The translations under genes were made by a program, and so were the position numbers. The notes below the pieces were generated by a model that made no database searches, was not told the DNA's origin, and saw only the letters and a program-made list of their open reading frames with translations. Below, piece by piece: positions 58,288 to 64,000 of a DNA stretch of 64,000 nucleotides; the stretch's first letter is position 1, and each line of letters begins with the position of its first letter. This DNA comes from Candidatus Uhrbacteria bacterium (GTDB taxonomy: Bacteria; Patescibacteriota; Patescibacteriia; UBA9934), in assembly GCA_963822405.1 (NCBI GenBank), contig CAWGHH010000002.1, positions 266,766 to 330,765 of the forward strand, written 5' to 3'.

Positions 58288-59439
58288 ATGAAATGTCCTA
58301 ATCCCGAACGTTGCGGCTCTTGTGGCTGGTCTCATATCTCCTACGAGAAACAGCTCAAGCAAAAGCTCTCTGATATCAACGGTTCTTTTGCCATTAAAAA
58401 ATTAGATTTGAAGGTCGAGGAAATCGCCGCCTCTCCTATCACCCATCACTACCGTAATCGAATGGATTTTGTAATTGATTGGCAGGGCAACGTCGGCCTG
58501 CGTGAAAAGGGCAAGTGGTGGAGCGTGATCGACAATCATCCTTGTTTCATTGCTGACCAAAAAATCGAAGACGCGTTTTTCATCACCCGCGACTGGGCAA
58601 AGAAATGTGGTCTATCGTTCTGCGACCGAAAAGCTAACACTGGGTTCTTGCGCTACGCCGTCATTCGTTCAACGACTCTCGGCGAAACCATGATCATCAT
58701 CGTCACCAGCGCACCAAAGGATGCGGACGAAGAAGCAGCCGCCAAAAAAGCGCTCGAGGAATTAACTGTCTTATCGAAAGCAACCACGGTGGTCTGGTCA
58801 ATCAACCACACCATTAGCGATGTATCGTTCGGCGACGAACTTAGAACCATCTCTGGTCCTGGTGTTATCGAGGAAACAATTGCCGGTTATCGCTACAAGA
58901 TCTCTCCAAACGCGTTCTTCCAAACCAACCCACACGGTGCGGCGCAATTATTGGATACTGTTCGCGAATACGCGACCAGTGGGTCGACAGAGACGTCGAC
59001 CCCTACATCGGAACAAACGTTATTGGATCTCTACTGCGGAACTGGGTTCTTCGCTGTTGCCCTGGCCGCCTCATTCAAGAAAACAATCGGCGTAGAAATG
59101 GTCAAGGAAGCGATCGTGGACGCTAAAGTCAACGCAGAATTGAACAATGCAATGGTCGAGTTTCACGACGTAAAAACCGAAGACTTCGACTGGATGAAAA
59201 TTGGTGCTGACGTTGTCATCCTTGATCCACCACGTGGTGGCATGGTGGACAAAGCCCTCCAGGATATAATTGCCGCCAAGCCCGAAACCATTGTCTACGT
59301 CTCCTGTAACTACAAAAACTTCGCCCGCGAAATGGTGATCCTGCAAAAGTACTACGACGTCGAAGCCATGCGAGCTATAGACATGTTCCCCCACACGCCA
59401 CATGTGGAGCTGGTAACTAAGCTTGTGCGTAAGGTCTAG
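58288..59439 (+). CDS. rlmD: 23S rRNA m5U methyltransferase RlmD/TrmA family
   Basis: C....CGSC, YRNRMDF, AFFQTN, DLYCGTG, DPPRGG, YVSCN, DMFPHTPHVE; promoter TTGACT-N17-TATCCT 58249-58277. Confidence 0.93.
   Translation: MKCPNPERCGSCGWSHISYEKQLKQKLSDINGSFAIKKLDLKVEEIAASPITHHYRNRMDFVIDWQGNVGLREKGKWWSVIDNHPCFIADQKIEDAFFITRDWAKKCGLSFCDRKANTGFLRYAVIRSTTLGETMIIIVTSAPKDADEEAAAKKALEELTVLSKATTVVWSINHTISDVSFGDELRTISGPGVIEETIAGYRYKISPNAFFQTNPHGAAQLLDTVREYATSGSTETSTPTSEQTLLDLYCGTGFFAVALAASFKKTIGVEMVKEAIVDAKVNAELNNAMVEFHDVKTEDFDWMKIGADVVILDPPRGGMVDKALQDIIAAKPETIVYVSCNYKNFAREMVILQKYYDVEAMRAIDMFPHTPHVELVTKLVRKV
58981..59006. repeat. GTAG-type REP-like palindrome in frame within rlmD
   Basis: GGGTCGAC-AGAGAC-GTCGACCC-CTAC; 25/26 identical to intergenic 61041-61066. 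Confidence 0.88.
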
Positions 59440-59449
59440 CCTCTCGGCG

Positions 59450-59538
59450 TAAGGGTTTGGCTCGCCCGTAGGGCTACGCCCGAGGGCGCCGCCAAACCCT
59501 TAACACCAAAACCCCGGAGTAAAATCCGGGGTTTTGGT
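59450..59538. terminator. Two tandem hairpins after rlmD (palindromic element plus terminator)
   Basis: TAAGGGTTTGGC...GCCAAACCCTTA (59450-59502); ACCAAAACCCCGGA-N6-TCCGGGGTTTTGGT (59505-59538). Confidence 0.8.
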
Positions 59539-59544
59539 TTGTAA

Positions 59545-60121
59545 ATAGAAAAACCCCCCTCGGCGTATGCTCAGAGGGGGGTTGAGGTATTCTTGCCTGT
59601 TGTTCGTGCCTTTCGTCGGCCATGGTCAGGTGACCAACCTCCGTCAGTGGAGGCTTTCTCGAATTGTTTTCGCATCGCATGATGCTCAATGACTTTCGTC
59701 AGAACTTCACGCGATCGAAGGGTGAGAATAGACGGCCCCCGTAGAGGCTCAACCCGCATAGTTGGTGCATTGGCCTCCAACCTTTATGCGCACGTCTTCT
59801 TGAGACGGCGGGGACTGGCGCTGTCCATTAGGACCAACGTTCCGCGAACTAATTTGACCCGGCAGAGTTATTCATGAAGTGATAGTTCGTCGGGTTTTGG
59901 ACCCGAGAATCGCTGCTAGCAGCCGAACCATCGCTCTTCTGCTGACTCGATCTCGAACTCGACTCTCGAGCTCGGACACGCGCCCTGGCACAGCCCTGGC
60001 GGCGCATTCTGTCTTCGACGTTCTTGAACGCAGGCCTTGATCACGAGGTATTGCTCCCCGCACAAATAGGCAATACTGCGCTTTGCTCAAGTCCGCTTTA
60101 TGGTCGTTCCACGCCACGGAC
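59545..60121 (-). ncRNA. Candidate ~575-nt structured non-coding RNA, family unknown
   Basis: TTGACA-N17-TATGCT promoter upstream, GC hairpin plus U-run terminator, many short stems, no convincing ORF. Confidence 0.55.
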
Positions 60122-60128
60122 AAAAAGT

Positions 60129-60157
60129 AGCATACACCAAAATAGCACTTTTGTCAA
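60129..60157 (-). promoter_or_regulatory. Near-consensus sigma70 promoter
   Basis: TTGACA (60157-60152), 17 bp, TATGCT (60134-60129). Confidence 0.8.
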
Positions 60158-60213
60158 ATAAATACAGTATAAATAGCCAAAGAAAGTTGAAAAAGTTAAA
60201 AAGGTTAAAAACG

Positions 60214-60996
60214 TTATTTCCCGAATCGGCGCTGTCTCGCTTGGAACGATCGAAGCGCTCGAAGAAAATCTATTCGTCTAAAAGCTGGCCAGTTTACGTC
60301 GAGGAAATAGTATTCGGAGTAGGCGGCTTGCCAAAGGAGGAAACCGGAAAGCCGAACCTCGCCGCTCGTGCGAATAATAAAGTCAGGATCGGGCACGTTG
60401 CCGCTGTATAGATGCGTCGAAAGTGATTCCTCGGTCAGTCCGTCGATCGCGTTGCGTAATGACTCCCCCGCTTTTTCAGCCGTCGACAAATACGCCTTAG
60501 CCGCGTCGACAATCTCCTCGCGTCCACCGTAACCGAGAGCCAGCTGAACGAGCATGCCCTTGCGGTTGGCGGTTGTTTGTTCGAGCTTCGCTAACGCCTC
60601 ACGTACTTCGGTCGGCATTAAATCAATTCGACCGATAGCTCTCACTCGAATATCGTTCTTTATAAAATCTTCATCCACCATCATCGCCTTAGCTTGCTCG
60701 ATAATAAGATCCATCAGTCCTTTTACTTCTGCTGGTTCTCGCGAAAAATTTTGCGTGCTAAATCCCCAAACTGTGACGACGGGAATCTTAAATTCAATAC
60801 ACCAAGAAAATAGTTGTTTCACTTTCTTCGCCCCATACTTATGTCCTTCGGCTACCGGTAGACCGAGCGACTTGGCGTAGCGTCGGTTACCGTCAAGAAT
60901 AACTCCAAGATGCTTCGGCGCTGGACCGAGCAGAAGTTTCTTGGCGAGACGTTTCTCGTAAACTAGGTAGAGAATGTACTTGAGTATTTGTTTCAT
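60214..60996 (-). CDS. uppS: cis-prenyltransferase (UppS family)
   Basis: HLGVILDGNRR, FSTQNFSR, YGGREEI, PDFIIRTSGEVRLSGFLLWQ. Confidence 0.94.
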   Translation of the reverse strand: MKQILKYILYLVYEKRLAKKLLLGPAPKHLGVILDGNRRYAKSLGLPVAEGHKYGAKKVKQLFSWCIEFKIPVVTVWGFSTQNFSREPAEVKGLMDLIIEQAKAMMVDEDFIKNDIRVRAIGRIDLMPTEVREALAKLEQTTANRKGMLVQLALGYGGREEIVDAAKAYLSTAEKAGESLRNAIDGLTEESLSTHLYSGNVPDPDFIIRTSGEVRLSGFLLWQAAYSEYYFLDVNWPAFRRIDFLRALRSFQARQRRFGK

Positions 60997-61040
60997 AGAA
61001 GAAGGCCCGGCAGGTTTCCCCACCAGGCCCTTCATCAAAT

Positions 61041-61066
61041 GGGTCGACAGAGGCGTCGACCCCTAC
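61041..61066. repeat. Intergenic GTAG-type REP-like palindrome
   Basis: GGGTCGAC-AGAGGC-GTCGACCC-CTAC. Confidence 0.88.
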
Positions 61067-61074
61067 TCTGAAAA

Positions 61075-61872
61075 CTAGGAATTCATCGCAGCTTCCATCG
61101 CGCTTGCGCGGGAGACGGACAACTTGCGGTAGGCCAAAGCGTAAGATAGGAAACCACCAATAGATACAAGAACCATCCAACAGAACAAGGCAACTCCAAG
61201 AATCAAACCTACAAGACCCATGAGAATTACACCAATTGTAGCCATCTTCATCAAAGCGAGAACGCCCATGAGCATGACGACGACACCGAAAATTTCGTAG
61301 GCTGGCAAAATTGCAATGTAAGCAATGAGTGCAATAGCTGCAGAAAGAAGAGCGATGCTCAAGAGATCGCCGTTCGTTAGAGCCCAGCTAGCCTTAAGAG
61401 CTTGCACTGGGCCAACGTCTTTTCTGTCCACGATGGTGAAGAGAGCAAAAGTACAGCCAAGACCAATCATGATGCCTGGGATAACAAGGACTACGAGACC
61501 AACGGCTACCGCTACGAGATACAAAACGTAAGTCAAAATAGCCACGCCAATCAACTTACCGTCAAAAGCAAAAATCTCATTGATCGAGAGCTTCTTACCG
61601 TCTACTACGGCTAGAGACAAACGAATCGCGCCAACACCAACCGCCAAAGAGAATAAAACCAGCAACACGAATGACAACATGCTAACGAGCCATCCCGGAA
61701 GAATTGCTCCGAGGATAGCTGAAACGATCACGATTGCCAGGAAACCAGCACAAGTTACAATAACGAATTTTACGAACTGACCCCATGTCTTAACCGCTAG
61801 CTCAACACCCTGAGTTGCGAGCTGTCCCGGTGAAAGTGTCTCGGCCTGTTTCCAGGTAAAATTCATGTTCAT
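61075..61872 (-). CDS. Multi-pass membrane protein (DUF975/YciC-like)
   Basis: LVIPGI, ALKASWALT.G, AYRKL. Confidence 0.8.
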   Translation of the reverse strand: MNMNFTWKQAETLSPGQLATQGVELAVKTWGQFVKFVIVTCAGFLAIVIVSAILGAILPGWLVSMLSFVLLVLFSLAVGVGAIRLSLAVVDGKKLSINEIFAFDGKLIGVAILTYVLYLVAVAVGLVVLVIPGIMIGLGCTFALFTIVDRKDVGPVQALKASWALTNGDLLSIALLSAAIALIAYIAILPAYEIFGVVVMLMGVLALMKMATIGVILMGLVGLILGVALFCWMVLVSIGGFLSYALAYRKLSVSRASAMEAAMNS

Positions 61873-61970
61873 AGAAATCATTAAAGATTTGCTATAGTTT
61901 ACTACAGATTCTGGTGAGTCGCAACCAAAGTTGTACAAAACTCAAATCTTCTGTATCATCTAGCCCTTAT

Positions 61971-62822
61971 ATGAAATCTGGATTCGTCGCTATCATTGGC
62001 CGTTCTAACGTGGGTAAATCCACGCTTCTTAACGCGCTCGTAGGTTCTAAGGTGGCCATCACTACCCCAAAGCCTCAAACTACCCGTCAGCCTATTCAAG
62101 GCGTTATCTCTTCCCCTCGTGGTCAGGCTGTTATGGTTGATACCCCAGGTATCATGCAGAAAGCTCGTGACCAGCTAACCAAACGTCTTCTCCAGTACGC
62201 TAAAGATTCGCTAAAAGAAGTAGATGCGATCTTGTACGTTGTGGATCCAACTCGTGCGGTAGGCGACGAAGAAAAACAAGCTTTCAAATTAATTGAACAC
62301 GCTACCCAACCAAAACTTTTAGTCATTAACAAAGTTGATGACAAGGACGCTCGTAGATATATTGACTACTATCGTGACTTAGCAAAACAGTTTGACGCTT
62401 ACGCTGAAGTTTCAGCCAAAGCTGGAACGGACATGGACATGGTGAAGAACTGGATCTTTGATCAGCTCCCAGAAGGCGAATACATGTACCCTGAGTTCCA
62501 AGTAACAAACCAAAGCAATGAAACCTGGATGGCCGAGCTCATCCGCGAAAAATTGTTCTTGCGTCTGCGTGAAGAAGTTCCATACTCTACTCACGTAGAA
62601 GTCAACGAAATCACAACTCGCAAAGATGGCACTGTTTATGTGAACGCCACCATCTTTACCAGCGCTGAACGCTATAAGCCGATGATCATTGGTGCCGGTG
62701 GACGTGGCATTAAAGAAATTGGCCAATCAACTCGCCGGGAACTTGAGGCCGTAGGCAACAAGAAGTATTTCCTGGACCTACATGTAGAAGTTGATCCGCA
62801 GTGGTTTGATAAGATCACGTAG
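61971..62822 (+). CDS. era: GTPase Era
   Basis: GRSNVGKST, PQTTR, DTPG, NKVD, EEVPY, KH domain IIGAGG. Confidence 0.97.
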   Translation: MKSGFVAIIGRSNVGKSTLLNALVGSKVAITTPKPQTTRQPIQGVISSPRGQAVMVDTPGIMQKARDQLTKRLLQYAKDSLKEVDAILYVVDPTRAVGDEEKQAFKLIEHATQPKLLVINKVDDKDARRYIDYYRDLAKQFDAYAEVSAKAGTDMDMVKNWIFDQLPEGEYMYPEFQVTNQSNETWMAELIREKLFLRLREEVPYSTHVEVNEITTRKDGTVYVNATIFTSAERYKPMIIGAGGRGIKEIGQSTRRELEAVGNKKYFLDLHVEVDPQWFDKIT

Positions 62823-62823
62823 C

Positions 62824-62906
62824 AAAACAAAACAGTCAGTACTGCTTCGGAAATGGAGTCGGATTACCTCCTGGCATTTCCTCAGCAGTACTGACTGTTT
62901 TGTTTT
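62824..62906. terminator. Long inverted repeat / bidirectional terminator
   Basis: 23-bp perfect arms AAAACAAAACAGTCAGTACTGCT / AGCAGTACTGACTGTTTTGTTTT plus inner GGAAATG/CATTTCC. Confidence 0.85.
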
Positions 62907-62909
62907 ACC

Positions 62910-63824
62910 TTATTCCACGAGTTCATTCGGCCGTTGCATTGTGACGCTCGTGATTGAATAACCAAGATCATTTTTAAGCTCGGATAGTGACGTGAACATC
63001 CCTGGACCAAGTGCCCATGGCAATAACGCAACCTTTAAGATAATCGGATTATCAGAGTTAGCTAGAATCGTATAGTTCGCGAAAGCGTTCGAAGCCTCGA
63101 TCGTTTTAACTTGAACGTCTACCCTATTTATTTTTAAATCATAACTCCCCCAATCGCCCTTAGCCGTTAATTTTGTAAAATCTTTATTAGTTGTTGGCGA
63201 GTCTGCAATCTTCCCCTGGAGTTTATCAAGTGCTGACTTGGCCGAGTCAGTGAAATCTAGCGCGTCCTTCAGTGTAGAGTCGAACAGCCCTAATTGGACG
63301 TGAGACGAACGAGTTGCGACCAACTCATCATACTGAGCCTTTGACAACCAAATTATACTGTCACTGGTTTGAGATACATCGTACTCATCTTCCGGCCAGT
63401 ATGATGGCAACAACAGACGTTCTGCGTTGCCGAGCGCATCGGTTCGAACCACTCCCTTGAGCGTCACTTGTTCATATACTGGCTCAGGAATTTTTGTCGC
63501 CTCACCCACTGGTGAATGAGTCATGGCGTATTCTCTGGCCGTTTTGCTGGCAGAAGTTTCTCGTTTCACATCCATCATCCAAGAAAGAACCGCAAAAACT
63601 CCAGCTTGGTGTTCTTCAACAGTAACATTCTTGACGGACGGCGCGTCACCAAGACCAAAAGAAAATGCGCTCTGAGAAATAGCGAATGAGTCGCCAACCA
63701 TTAAATCCAGCTTCTCAGCATCAAACTCTGGTAACTTTTCACCAAACGGCAAAGATACACATCCAGCGCCTAGGAAAAGCGGGGTTAACAACCCCGCCAT
63801 AGCGAGAATGAGTCGAGATCGCAT
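62910..63824 (-). CDS. Hypothetical lipoprotein
   Basis: Lipobox-like FLGAGC after hydrophobic signal; ~304 aa. Confidence 0.8.
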   Translation of the reverse strand: MRSRLILAMAGLLTPLFLGAGCVSLPFGEKLPEFDAEKLDLMVGDSFAISQSAFSFGLGDAPSVKNVTVEEHQAGVFAVLSWMMDVKRETSASKTAREYAMTHSPVGEATKIPEPVYEQVTLKGVVRTDALGNAERLLLPSYWPEDEYDVSQTSDSIIWLSKAQYDELVATRSSHVQLGLFDSTLKDALDFTDSAKSALDKLQGKIADSPTTNKDFTKLTAKGDWGSYDLKINRVDVQVKTIEASNAFANYTILANSDNPIILKVALLPWALGPGMFTSLSELKNDLGYSITSVTMQRPNELVE

Positions 63825-63825
63825 A

Positions 63826-64000
63826 TTATTTCTTGCCGCTAGCCCATTCCATGATTTTTTCTTTGTTCGCTGATCCGCAGATGAATGCGTCTGTTTCCGT
63901 ATTGTGAAAAAATGGAACCCCGCCACATCTACCCTCGTCTACTGCTTCTAGCTTTTTCAAGTTATCCGCGTTATTCCAAACCTCGAGCTTTTCGATCTTC
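63826..64000 (-). CDS. Thioredoxin/glutaredoxin-like protein, C-terminal part (5' truncated by window edge)
   Basis: KIEKLEVWNNADN...CGGVPFFHN...FICG...IMEWASGKK*. Confidence 0.7.
   Translation of the reverse strand, partial: KIEKLEVWNNADNLKKLEAVDEGRCGGVPFFHNTETDAFICGSANKEKIMEWASGKK

Noticed and set aside
59545-60121. tmRNA, RNase P RNA or group II intron
   Set aside because: No tRNA-like ends or tag ORF, no GAGGAAAGUCC P4 motif, and no domain V/VI recognised by eye.
59474-60123. ORFs of 62-83 aa in the rlmD-uppS gap
   Set aside because: Mostly TTG starts without SD, Arg/Ser-rich composition, and overlap with terminator hairpins.
1-64000. Alternative genetic code (UGA=Gly) or a prophage
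   Set aside because: TGA terminates conserved genes at expected positions (e.g. greA, priA), and no phage structural, terminase or integrase genes were seen.

Overview
Chromosomal window from a Patescibacteria (CPR) bacterium using the standard genetic code. The assignment is inferred from RpoA lacking the alpha-CTD, a shortened AlaRS, a UvrD-nuclease fusion, and housekeeping genes that mostly lack Shine-Dalgarno sites. Most of the window is housekeeping: lexA, uvrD-nuclease, mreBCD-pbp2, greA, lysS, serS, alr, gltX, clpB with CIRCE, pyrD, ppa, priA-def-fmt, a glycan cluster, the infA-rpsI ribosomal block, alaS, murJ, tRNA-Arg(CCG), rlmD, uppS and era. Accessory content comprises a GGNCC-type type II R-M pair with adjacent PIN and Cas2/VapD-like genes, an AT-rich small-membrane-gene array bracketed by related hairpins, and several self-contained orphan gene cassettes. 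Most notable: (1) a ~575-nt transcription unit at 59545-60121 (-) with a promoter and terminator, many hairpins and no credible ORF, i.e. a candidate large ncRNA; (2) REP/RPE-like palindromes inserted in frame in priA, a GT4 gene, the O-antigen ligase-like gene and rlmD; (3) three +1 frameshifts (pyrD, def, alaS), all at GGWCC sites, probably methylation-linked sequencing errors that betray the resident methyltransferase; (4) a possible Def-Fmt fusion; (5) a SpoU-family gene whose stop codon lies inside the tRNA. All calls come from reading the sequence by eye; no database searches were run.
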